A stretch of 64,000 nt of DNA from Candidatus Bathyarchaeota archaeon (GTDB lineage: Archaea; Thermoproteota; Bathyarchaeia; 40CM-2-53-6), in contig CAWHWX010000004.1 of NCBI GenBank assembly GCA_963833125.1, forward strand, positions 128,001 to 192,000, read 5' to 3'. The position numbers were made by a program, and so were the translations under genes. Each line of letters starts with the position of its first letter. The first letter of the stretch is position 1. The notes beneath the pieces were generated by a model. That model worked only from the letters and a program-made list of their open reading frames with translations, did not search any database and was not told the DNA's origin. Of the stretch, positions 41,713-50,944 are shown in pieces.

Positions 41713-41967
41713 ATGAGCAAAATCTATTCCATGATAGCGCCGTTACTTGGCCTAAGTCTAATTCGAATCCTTAACGCGATAGGTGTGAATCAGAATGCAG
41801 GTACGATGGTTAATTCAGCGTACCAGTGGCTGCTGACTCTAAACCCAATCGTTATGATAATACTAGGCATAATCGTATTCTTTGCGGGCAAGCTAGCGAA
41901 ATGGGTCGGAATCATATTGGTCATCGTGGGACTAATCTTCCTCGCGCTGCCATACCTACACCTTTAG
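41713..41967 (+). CDS. Small membrane protein
   Basis: Hydrophobic hairpin IVMIILGIIVFFAGKLAKWVGIILVIVGLIF; start uncertain. Confidence 0.65.
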   Translation: MSKIYSMIAPLLGLSLIRILNAIGVNQNAGTMVNSAYQWLLTLNPIVMIILGIIVFFAGKLAKWVGIILVIVGLIFLALPYLHL

Positions 41968-41994
41968 ATTTAGAACTCAAAGGGATGATCTTCG

Positions 41995-42312
41995 ATGGCT
42001 AACGCTTCCTTGGGAAAGGCTGCATACTATCTAGCATTAATCGGCGGAGTAATCCTCATAATCCAAGGGATTCTGAGTTTCGTGGGAATGGCTTTCATGA
42101 TGTTCATGCCATCCTTGCTTGGAGCCCTCGGTGGAGCCTTCTGGGGAATCATTGAAATCATCCTCGGCCTTGTTGCCATCTATGGATCCAAACGTCTTCC
42201 CGACCTCATGTGGGATATCATTCTCATAGTGGTTGGCGTGCTCGGAGGCGGCCTTGGCGGTATACTAGTACTCCTGGGCGGCATAGTCGGCTTACTATGC
42301 AAGTTCCTCTAA
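41995..42312 (+). CDS. Small Gly-rich polytopic membrane protein
   Basis: About four TM segments with GxxxG motifs. Confidence 0.8.
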   Translation: MANASLGKAAYYLALIGGVILIIQGILSFVGMAFMMFMPSLLGALGGAFWGIIEIILGLVAIYGSKRLPDLMWDIILIVVGVLGGGLGGILVLLGGIVGLLCKFL

Positions 42313-42389
42313 ATCAGATCACCGTGAAGGAGCACGCACACATTATCTTGTGTATCCCCCTCCCTCGACCGACCGGAGTGTGAAACAAC

Positions 42390-45117
42390 TTGAGCGAAAA
42401 AGGAAGGAGAACTTCACTTCAAGCAGCAGTAATCCTTCTTACAATATTTTCCTTTTCCGTCATGGCGGTAAACGCACAACAACTACTTCCCACATTCGCC
42501 TTAGCCGCTACACCTTCGAGTTTGAATCTAGTCGCAGGCTCGCAAGCGAACGTAGTTGTAACCGTCACTTCGTTGAACGGATTCAGTGATCCAGTGCAAC
42601 TGTTTTTCTCAGTCCTTCCGGTTGGTGTCACAGCTAATTTCAACTCAAATCCCGTTACGCCGCCTGCGGGAGGTACCTTGACTACAACCGCGTCGTTCAC
42701 CGCGGATTCAAATGTGGCAGGTAACACATACTACCTCACACTTGTTGGATCGAGCGGTTCAACTATCCACACATATGCATTTAACCTGCAAGTAACACCC
42801 AAGACTCTCCCGCAGGACTTCGCGCTTTCTCCATCCCCGACAGTTGTCAACATACTGCCTGGCGGACAAGGATCCACCACCGTCACCGTCTTCTCCCTCA
42901 ACGGTTTCTCTACAAGCGTGTCCTTGGTACATAGCGGGGAACCATCCGGTGTGTCTTTGAGTTTCTCGGAAAACCAATTGTTCCCTCCCCCGGGCGTTAC
43001 GAGCCCTTATGTTACATCATCTAGTTCAGTGCTTTCGATCTCCGTCCAGTCGTGGGTGGCCGTTGGACTCTATCCAATCGCCGTAACCGGTACAAGCGGC
43101 CCGTTAGGTATCCCTCAAAGCGTAATCGTTCATTCGACCCAGCTCACTTTGCAGGTGGTTTCAGCTAAGGATTTCAATATCGCAGTTGCGCCTTCGAGTC
43201 TAAGCATTCAGCCTGGCACATCTACTACCGCCACGGTAACCGTGGGCTCTTACAGCGGATTCTCTTCTGCCGTGCAACTAACATCCAATAGTCCTCCCGG
43301 GATTTCTTTGAATTTCTCACCAAATCCGATGACCGAATTATCTGGTGGGGCAGCAACCGCAACCGCGACCGTATCAGTCAGTTCGTCGACTAGTTCGGGA
43401 ACGTATTCGATGCAGATTATTGGGACCAGCGGAGGGTTAACGCACAGCACACCGTTCACGATTATCGTATCTCAAACTGCGAGCCCAGACTTTACTATTA
43501 CCTCTTCGTCCGTTCCGATCGGAGTTAATCAAGGAGCGAGCTCAGGAGGAACTGTTTATGTGTCCTCGGTCAACCACTTTACGTCGCCCATTACCCTGTC
43601 CGCATCCTGGTTTGGCATGTCCCCTCAAGGCCTATCTTTCACTATTCCTGGGTCTGCCACTCCGCCCGACGATGGGTCTTCCCCCGCTGCCGTAACATTT
43701 TCCGCGTCGACTACGACTCAACCAGGAACATATACGCTCAACGTAGTGGGGACGAGTGGTTCGCTTAGCCATTCGGTGAATATCTTGGTCCAGGTCCTGG
43801 TATTCGGAGGCGACTTCAGCGTCTCAGTTTCACCGACACCGATTAGTGTGATTCAAGGTTCACAAGGAACCTCAACTGTTACGGTGCAAGCCTCCGGAAC
43901 ATTCTCCTCTCCTGTCACTCTCACAACAGCCGCTGTGAACGGATTGAGTGTAAGCTTCAATGCGAGCCCTATACCTGTCTCGTTGGCCGGAACCGCAGCC
44001 GCCCAGGTTGTCGTATCGGTCGCAGGATTTACACCAACGGGAACCTACACGATACCGATTATTGCAACAAGCGGATCCCTTTCGCATTCCACAAGCTTGG
44101 CGGTGACCGTGATTCGGGCTGGCTTGCAAGACTTTGCAATTGGAATTTCGTCAGCGACGATCATGATAAATCAGGGAAGTTCAGCGGCGGCAACGGTATC
44201 TGTCTATTCACAAAACGCATTCAGTTCCAGTGTCTCACTGTCAGCTTCCTGGAATAGCATAGTTCCTGGCGGAGTCACGATCAACCTCTACGGGCCTGTA
44301 ACCCCGTTGCCAAACGCAGTTGCCTCCTCGACTCTAACCATAACCACTTCCCCTACGGCCACAACGGGAAGCTACCTGCTACAGGTCACCGGGTTCAGTG
44401 GAGTGCTTGTACACACAGCGAACGTGACTATTCAGATCACGTCACCTTCAGCTACCGTTACAACTGTTAGCGGTACATCCACTAGCGGAACGTCTACTAG
44501 CGGCACATCGACCAGCGGTACATCCACTAGCCCAAGTAGTGCGCCTCCCGCATGCCTCATCGCGACTGCAACATATGGTTCACAAGTCGCACCTGAGGTT
44601 CAGTTGCTCCGCAACTTCCGTGATAACTCTATCATGGAAACCAAATCGGGGTCCAATTTCATGCTAGTTTTCAACGCCTGGTACTATTCATTCAGCCCCG
44701 GTGTCGCCGCATACTTGAACACACACTGGGTTGAACGAACAGCAATGAAAGGCGTCCTCTATCCCCTCGTAGGAATCCTATACCTAACATCAGACCTGTT
44801 CTCGGCAACCTCTTCCTACCCCGAATTTGCTGTACTAATATCCGGCCTCCTAGCAAGTTCCCTAATCGGCGCTTTCTACTTGGGAATACCATTGGCTGTG
44901 TTGAGAGCTAGAGTCAGGCGTCTCCGCAATTGGAAGGGCCAGGCAGATGCTTGAGATAGCGCTCGCTGCCATGCTGTTTGGTGGATTAGGAACCCTCGCG
45001 TTCGGAGAACTGTTCTCATCACAACCAGCCCTCATAATATCGACAACTACGATAGTACTTTCAACACTATTCATGTCCTCAGTAATAGTATCCGAGAGAC
45101 TCGCCAATCGACTCTAG
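42390..45117 (+). CDS. Cell-surface protein with about six Ig-like repeats and a CFI-box-CTERM domain (indel near 44945)
   Basis: Repeats of DF.i..sP....v.qG...TV.V.S..gFs..V.L...GTSG.L.HS; CLIATATYGSQVAPEVQLLRNFRD...WYYSFSP; TM helices continue in another frame to TAG 45117. Confidence 0.9.
44469..44528 (+). repeat. Four 15-bp coding repeats (SGTST)
   Basis: AGCGGTACATCCACT-like units in the Ser/Thr linker. Confidence 0.85.
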
Positions 45118-45363
45118 AAATCAGAACCGTCAGAAAACCGCCCGAATGCAAATCCGGTGAGCATCAAGTCTCACTTCATACGCCGAGTTATGTGCCGAAT
45201 TTCGGCGTACCTACGTAACTAGCAAGCAACTAATTGACCTAACGCCCGCGCACGATAAGATCTACCGAAGTTTACCTTTGAGCCCTCGAGTGACTGCGAC
45301 AGAGGTTTACCCGTTCGTGTTCACAACCATCGCTTAGTCTACTTGTGGCATCTCAATGATGCA

Positions 45364-45401
45364 AAAGGAAAAATGTACGATTAAGCAATCCGCTTAATCG
45401 T
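45364..45401 (-). terminator. Hairpin plus T-tract after the CsbD-like gene
   Basis: ACGATTAAGC-N5-GCTTAATCGT (45377-45401) followed by ACATTTTTCCTTTT on the minus strand. Confidence 0.7.
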
Positions 45402-45417
45402 CAGATAGAAATTCAGG

Positions 45418-45567
45418 TTAAATCGATGCCTTAGCCTTTTGCCATCTTTCGCGAACCTTTCCTACGCGCTGTTGATACTTACCCTTCATCATCTGACCTA
45501 TATTCAATGTCGCTCTGCCTTGTAGTTCGCGAATCTTACCCCTTATCTGCTGGTTTTTACCATTCAT
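45418..45567 (-). CDS. 49-aa CsbD-like microprotein
   Basis: Hand translation MNGKNQQIRGKIRELQGRATLNIGQMMKGKYQQRVGKVRERWQKAKASI; GAAGGTGA RBS; own terminator. Confidence 0.7.
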   Translation of the reverse strand: MNGKNQQIRGKIRELQGRATLNIGQMMKGKYQQRVGKVRERWQKAKASI

Positions 45568-45792
45568 GAGTTCTTTTCACCTTCTTTCCAAATATATAGA
45601 TATCAGTACACATATGTAAGCATTGTTCCGCATAACCTAGGGCTTGAATGTTACCTGTGCAATCCAGCTCTTGCCGCCGTCCCTTCTCAAAAACAGTATA
45701 GCAATTAATTGAAGGCCAGATCCACCGGATGATTTGAGCCCAATCGGTCGTAGAAACCCTTATCGGAGCAAGTCTCTTGTTTTGCTAAACGA

Positions 45793-46470
45793 ATGGTTTT
45801 GTCGACTCAAGCTAAACAAGAGATTAGAATCAAACCGAGTCTTGTGCCATTCGCTTGGAAAGGCTTTGTCATAATATTATTGGGCATCGTGGTTTTCGGT
45901 GTGAGCTTTGTTCTCCAGTTTCCATCACCATCTGTTGGTTCTCTTCTAACCCTTGCAGCCTTGGCATTAATTGGCTTAGGCCTCCTGGTTGTTTTGATTG
46001 GTGTTGTTCGTAGGAATGCATTCACGTATCTGATTACTGACTCGGATGTTGTTGTGAAGAGGCAGTTGTTGCGACGTAGTATTCGTCGTATTCCGTTCTC
46101 GTCTATTAGCGATGTGCAGGTTTCGCAGAGTATTGTGGGTCGATTGGCAAGATTTGGCGACATTGTTCCTGTTACGAAGAGTGGCTACGGTTTAGTTCGC
46201 GGGACGGAACCTGGTGAAAACATAGTCGCAGAAATGGCCAATGTCCCGAACCCGGACAAGGTAGCTGATTTGATCATGTCCAGATTACTGCGCCGGCAAA
46301 GCCGATTAGCACCAGCGACCTTTTCGATCATTGGCGATGGGGAAAGCGGACACGCACTACGTTCGGAACATGACGTGCTCGGGACCTGCCATTATCTCAT
46401 GCCTAGGTTTATTTTCAGAGAAGTGTGTCACGGAACACGATCTCTTATCACCGTATGTATGCTCGTATGA
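45793..46470 (+). CDS. Membrane protein with a bacterial PH (bPH_2-like) domain; C-terminus possibly frameshifted
   Basis: Two TM helices, then TYLITDSDVVVKRQLL...IPFSSISDVQVSQSIVGRLARFGDI...NVPNPDKV. Confidence 0.8.
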   Translation: MVLSTQAKQEIRIKPSLVPFAWKGFVIILLGIVVFGVSFVLQFPSPSVGSLLTLAALALIGLGLLVVLIGVVRRNAFTYLITDSDVVVKRQLLRRSIRRIPFSSISDVQVSQSIVGRLARFGDIVPVTKSGYGLVRGTEPGENIVAEMANVPNPDKVADLIMSRLLRRQSRLAPATFSIIGDGESGHALRSEHDVLGTCHYLMPRFIFREVCHGTRSLITVCMLV

Positions 46471-46634
46471 ACTCAACCCGCGGGGGTGACAATTCGGCCA
46501 TGTTTTATTTGTATTTGATCGTTGTTCGAATAGATTGCAGTAACAGCATCGGGCCCATGTTCTTGCGTCTGGCAGTTTGACGATATAGATATGTAGCGCA
46601 ATTCAACTATGTTACGTCCTGAGGCGAATCGTTG

Positions 46635-46787
46635 TTGGACCTATTAGTGGCCATAATCGTGGTTATCGTGATTCTCTGGCTACTGGGACTCATTGCCGGT
46701 ATCGGCGGATTTCTGATCAACATATTGCTCGTCATAGCGGTCATAGTGATAATAGTTAGATTACTTCAAGGCCGTCGGATATTGTAA
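46635..46787 (+). CDS. lmo0937-like (DUF5670) small membrane protein
   Basis: Hand translation MDLLVAIIVVIVILWLLGLIAGIGGFLINILLVIAVIVIIVRLLQGRRIL matches the LWLLG...GGLIHILLVIA...RLIQGRR family pattern. Confidence 0.8.
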   Translation: MDLLVAIIVVIVILWLLGLIAGIGGFLINILLVIAVIVIIVRLLQGRRIL

Positions 46788-46801
46788 TAGGAGTTCTTGT
46801 T

Positions 46802-47020
46802 ATGAGTTATTCGAACAATTACTGCGATAAGTGCGGCGCCAACCTTAAGCCCCAGTTCAAGTTCCGTGGGAACCAGCCCATGCTGTTCTACTGTTTGCAG
46901 TGCAAAGCCCCTAGAACCGTCCCGGCCACAGACCATAAGCAACGAACCGACTACGCAATGGCTGATTGCCCCACATGCGGCTCAAAAATGAGCACATACG
47001 AAGCGAACCCTTCAGGATAG
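46802..47020 (+). CDS. Zinc-ribbon protein (C-terminal part DUF5679-like)
   Basis: CDKCG, FYCLQCKAPR, CPTCGSKM. Confidence 0.7.
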   Translation: MSYSNNYCDKCGANLKPQFKFRGNQPMLFYCLQCKAPRTVPATDHKQRTDYAMADCPTCGSKMSTYEANPSG

Positions 47021-47063
47021 AAGGGACAAAACCTGAAAAACAGATTGAAGAGGTGATTTCAAG

Positions 47064-47192
47064 ATGGCGAAGAAGAGTAGAGGCGGCAGAATGACCGCGG
47101 CGAAGGCTGCGGCGAAGAAGCGTGCCGCTAAGTCGAGGGTTGCGGCGAAAAGGCGTGCCGCTAAGTCGGCTCGGAACATCATGAGGACTTAA
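47064..47192 (+). CDS. 42-aa Lys/Arg/Ala-rich histone-H1-tail-like peptide
   Basis: Hand translation MAKKSRGGRMTAAKAAAKKRAAKSRVAAKRRAAKSARNIMRT; GAGGTGA RBS; internal 33-bp tandem duplication. Confidence 0.75.
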   Translation: MAKKSRGGRMTAAKAAAKKRAAKSRVAAKRRAAKSARNIMRT

Positions 47193-47198
47193 TGGTGG

Positions 47199-47372
47199 TT
47201 ACATCATGCCTGGGGGCATTCCGCCAGGCATTCCTCCCGGCATCCCGTAGCGGCCTCCTGGAGGACCACCTTCCTTCATGCTTTTTGAAGAGAAGGATGT
47301 CATCTATCAGCAGAAGCATGTAGGCGGCTTCTGTGGCGATTTGACGGTTTGCTGTTTCACTCTGAGGGATTC
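47199..47372 (-). pseudogene. Degraded 3' fragment of a thermosome gene
   Basis: With indels it reads [52 protein letters not shown], homologous to the 3' end of 11655-13319. Confidence 0.85.
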
Positions 47373-48025
47373 GTCTATGTTAGACGATCATCAAGTTGTA
47401 ATTTCTATGAATGAGGTAACGGCCTTGACCTAGACTCAGAGGCCTGTTCTTAGAGAGCCTCAAGATTGTGTGGCCTGCGCCACATGGTTTCTGGCTGTTA
47501 CCTCTGGTAACTATATGTCCTCCGCGCTATATTAACACACTAAGCTCTCCCTTTCGAACCCCACTCCGACAACCATAAGATTTCTTACATCCGAAATTTC
47601 ATGCGAACTCATGCGGAAAGACGACTTCCGCTTGAGCAAATTGAGGAGATCGACGGTCGACGTGCACATATCGCAGCGCTCGAAGCAATCCTTGGTTCTA
47701 GTCGTGAGCCCTCGTCGTTTTCCTTCTCTTTCTTCTTTTCGACTTATCTTCTTGATCTTGAGGCAATTTATTTCACGCAGCTAGGAATTTGCGATTCTCT
47801 TTCGTAATTCCTTTTTGTCATAAGATTTCGTGGCCCTCGTTCTGCTGTTCTCTTGTTTTCTTTCCTCTCGTCTCTTCCTTTCTGACTCTGCTTCTCTCCT
47901 TTCCTTTCACAACCGATCCCACACTAGCTACCGATGAGAAAGCCTATCGCCAAATGGACGTTTCACCGAAGTCAAGCGGCGATGCGAATAGAACCTTTCC
48001 TGTTCAGTACCAGAACCGCAAGTAA

Positions 48026-48148
48026 TCAGGGGTTCGGGCCAAGTCGCGGCTGCGTGAAGGATTCTCGGCATTGTTCTGAGCAGAATGCGTACCCCTCGTG
48101 TAGAACAGGTTTGTCGATTTTCTTACCGCAATTTGAACAATACGCCAT
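48026..48148 (-). CDS. 40-aa TRASH/YHS-like zinc finger (paralogue of 33614)
   Basis: Hand translation MAYCSNCGKKIDKPVLHEGYAFCSEQCRESFTQPRLGPNP. Confidence 0.75.
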   Translation of the reverse strand: MAYCSNCGKKIDKPVLHEGYAFCSEQCRESFTQPRLGPNP

Positions 48149-48529
48149 GTGAGCTTCCTTTGTCCCTGCAGCCAACTCTCTACACACCATTTGCGATTTC
48201 TAATCATTACCTCTATGTCAAGCGTCTTCTACAAACTTTTTGGATTTGGGGTTCGGCTAGCCAAACGACCCAAAGCATGGTATAGGCGAAGGATCCCCAG
48301 ACAACAAACGGCGACTGTAACTGTCGATGGCGAGAATTACCCTCTAAAGGATGATGGAGCATAACGGTGTGCTTTGCAATTCAAGCAAATATTAACAGGA
48401 AAAGTTCTTCAATTCGCAGCATGTTAGGAATCGATGGAAGGGTCTTGATTTGACGAGGCCAGAATGGCAGAAGAAACGGAAGAGAATGGCGAGTAGAGCG
48501 GGTCAAGCGAGCGGCAGGACGCGGTAGAT

Positions 48530-48677
48530 TTGGCACAAGTTGGGAAAGGCCTCGAAGACCAAAAATGCCCCAATTGCCATCGAATCAACTTACGCCCTCT
48601 GTGGAACCTGCGGGAAATGCAACAAGTGCTGTAATTGTAGCTCCCACACTAACCGCTCGGACACCGAGCCAGGTTAA
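48530..48677 (+). CDS. Cys-rich metallothionein-like microprotein (requires removing one base near 48596)
   Basis: MAQVGKGLEDQKCPNCHRINLR/LCGTCGKCNKCCNCSSHTNRSDTEPG; span is 3n+1. Confidence 0.45.
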
Positions 48678-48733
48678 CGCACATGCGGGCAATTAATTTC
48701 GATCGACCTTAACAACCCTAGTTTGTTTTGCAA

Positions 48734-49228
48734 TCAGAATCTATGCCGACTCCGATGTCTCCTCGTGAGTCGTCGATTTTCCGCATCCTCGTAAACCTTA
48801 AACCAAGAGGGATGTTTGCCCACAAAGTCAACGAAGCGCTCCATCCGATTTACAGTATCTTTGTGGACGTGATGCTCGATGCCTTCCCGTCCAACTTCGC
48901 GTTGTTCTCTCCTACTCCCAGAATTTGAAGGAATCTGATTATTGTAGACGTGCTTCTGTTTAATGAACCGCGCCATCTCCTCCCCTTTGGCCGTGAGTCT
49001 AAGGCCGCGATAGCGTTCATAGACAATGAGTCCCATTCCATCCAATTTTTGAAGCATGTTCGTGACACTAGGAGTCTTAACGCCCAAACGTTCCGCAATG
49101 TCCGTTGACCCGGCGTAGCCTTTCGTCTGGACGAGGTCGTATACGACTTCAAGGTAGTCTTCAACCCGTGTGAGGTCGAACGCAGGGTTCAGTCGCGAAC
49201 CTTGAGTCATCACATTGACACTTCCCAT
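48734..49228 (-). CDS. mntR: DtxR/MntR metal-dependent repressor (compensating indels)
   Basis: VEDYLEVVY, DIAERLGVKTPSVTNMLQKL, LTAKG, EGIEHHV. Confidence 0.88.
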   Translation of the reverse strand: MGSVNVMTQGSRLNPAFDLTRVEDYLEVVYDLVQTKGYAGSTDIAERLGVKTPSVTNMLQKLDGMGLIVYERYRGLRLTAKGEEMARFIKQKHVYNNQIPSNSGSRREQREVGREGIEHHVHKDTVNRMERFVDFVGKHPSWFKVYEDAENRRLTRRHRSRHRF

Positions 49229-49391
49229 ACTGATGAGAAAAACAGGTAGTCATTAGACTGAATAATTCTGACAGGCTGAAACAAGGTTATGACTAGTGCG
49301 ATTCTTCTGTTGACGAATTCTTTCATCAGATTCTCGTAACCTCCTTCTTTCACCATCATTGCCCACGGTCAGTTTGTTCTTAGCAACTAGT

Positions 49392-50723
49392 TTACCGCAG
49401 CATAGCGTAGACAAGGTACAGATGATAGACGCCATAAGCGCCTAGAACTATAGCCTGCAGGTAGACGCTGAATTGGGCCATAAGATAGTATATCAGGTAA
49501 GTGTTTAGCGCCACAATTATCGCCCCGGTTAACACGGCGAGGAACGTGGTTATGCGTTTGTTAACTAACTGCCCCATGAGGTCCTTCTTAGCGGTGAATG
49601 TTAGCAAAGGTATCATGGGTAACGCGATCATCAGGCTGAGGAGTACTTGGCTGTAGACCAGCAGGAGCAGCGGATCGAGACCTAGAAGCACCGCTATCGT
49701 CGTTGGGAAAACGTTGATAACTCTCGTAATAACCCTCCTGACGGTCTTGTTTACCTTTGTTCCCAGTAACCCATCCATGATCGCTTGGCCGGCTAATGTT
49801 CCGGTCGTCGAGGAGGCAAGGCCGGAGCACAGCAACGTCACTGCGAACACAATGGCGGCAAGCGGTCCGTAGATTGGTATCATTATGCGATATGCTTCAT
49901 CTACTGCAGACACGTTGCTGAACTTCGGATAGAACGTCACGGCACTCACGATGAGGATGGCCGCATTGACCATCCCCGCGATCGTGAAAGCAACGATGCT
50001 TTCGCTGGTATGGAGCTTCAACAATCGTTTTTCTTTTCTTGACCGCTCCGGTGCTACCAGTTTGTCTCTCGTCAGCGTGGAATGTACGTACAGTGCATGT
50101 GGCATGACGGTCGCGCCGATGATGCCAACTATCAAGGTGATACTGCTGAGGCCAAAGGTTGGCGAGACAAAGGACTGACCATGCTGGGGTATGTTTAGGC
50201 CGGTAACGAATAACTTCGTAGAGAAAACCGAAACTGATGATCGATACGAACAACATGAAGAAGTACTCAAGTGCCCTGAAACGCCGCCATGTCAGGGCTA
50301 GCAGAATGAGGATGTCGGCGGCTCCGAATAGCGACGCGTAAAGAAGGGGCACGCCGAAAAGTATGTTCAACGCGATAACCGTCCCTAAGTACTCCGCCAG
50401 GTCAGTGGCCGCGGCTGCGGCTTCGGCGCCAATCCAGTTCAGATAAATGTCAAACTTGGATTTAAGAGACTCTCGGACGAGCCCCGCCAAATCCTTGCCC
50501 GTTGCTATCCCTAGCTTTCCTGACAGATACTGAAGGAGCATCGCCATGAAATTCGCCATCCAGACAACCCAAAGCAAACCGTAGTTGAACGCCGCGCCCG
50601 CCTGAATGTCCGTCCCGTAATTCCCGGATCCATGTATGCCATGACTCGGCGGATCAAAGTCACGGGACACCGCCGAAGAGTGAAAAGTGCACGATACCTG
50701 CTAAGGAATCGCCGGAGCTGCAA
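49392..50723 (-). CDS. mntH: Nramp divalent metal transporter (several indels)
   Basis: AYMDPG/NYGTDIQAG, ATDLAEYLG, IIGATVMPHALYVHS, TGTLAGQAIMDG, SQVLLS. Confidence 0.92.
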
Positions 50724-50725
50724 AT

Positions 50726-50739
50726 TTAGATGAACCTAA
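50726..50739 (-). promoter_or_regulatory. Putative DtxR/MntR-family operator
   Basis: TTAGGTTCATCTAA immediately before the mntH start; 12 of 14 match to the TTAGGTTAACCTAA SirR/DtxR-type palindrome. Confidence 0.6.
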
Positions 50740-50944
50740 CTAGTCTAGTAGCTGCTATTTTACAGTAGCCAAGTCAAGCTTTAAGTCTTTTAGTTCTTTA
50801 CGGGCATTGGAAACAAATGAAGCGGAGGCCAATGCGCCGGAGAAACTATCCGGCGATCAAAGCCGATCCGGGTTTCGATTTGAAGTATACCTCGACGCCT
50901 CAAAAATGATACTGCGTAAATGAGACACGGGCCGATTGAGTTCA

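Noticed and set aside
11655-47372. Thermosome 3'-end duplication as attL/attR of a 35-kb element
   Set aside because: Order is wrong for integration into this gene, the copies are diverged, and the interval contains core genes such as the trp operon
47600-47910. Purine-rich minus-strand mini-ORFs (e.g. MKGKERSRVRKEETRGKK...)
   Set aside because: Frames are ambiguous and low-complexity; a gene cannot be defined without polishing
28788-48677. Small-ORF-rich region as a provirus or integrated plasmid
   Set aside because: No integrase, replication protein, packaging ATPase, capsid or att repeats recognised; housekeeping pckG lies inside
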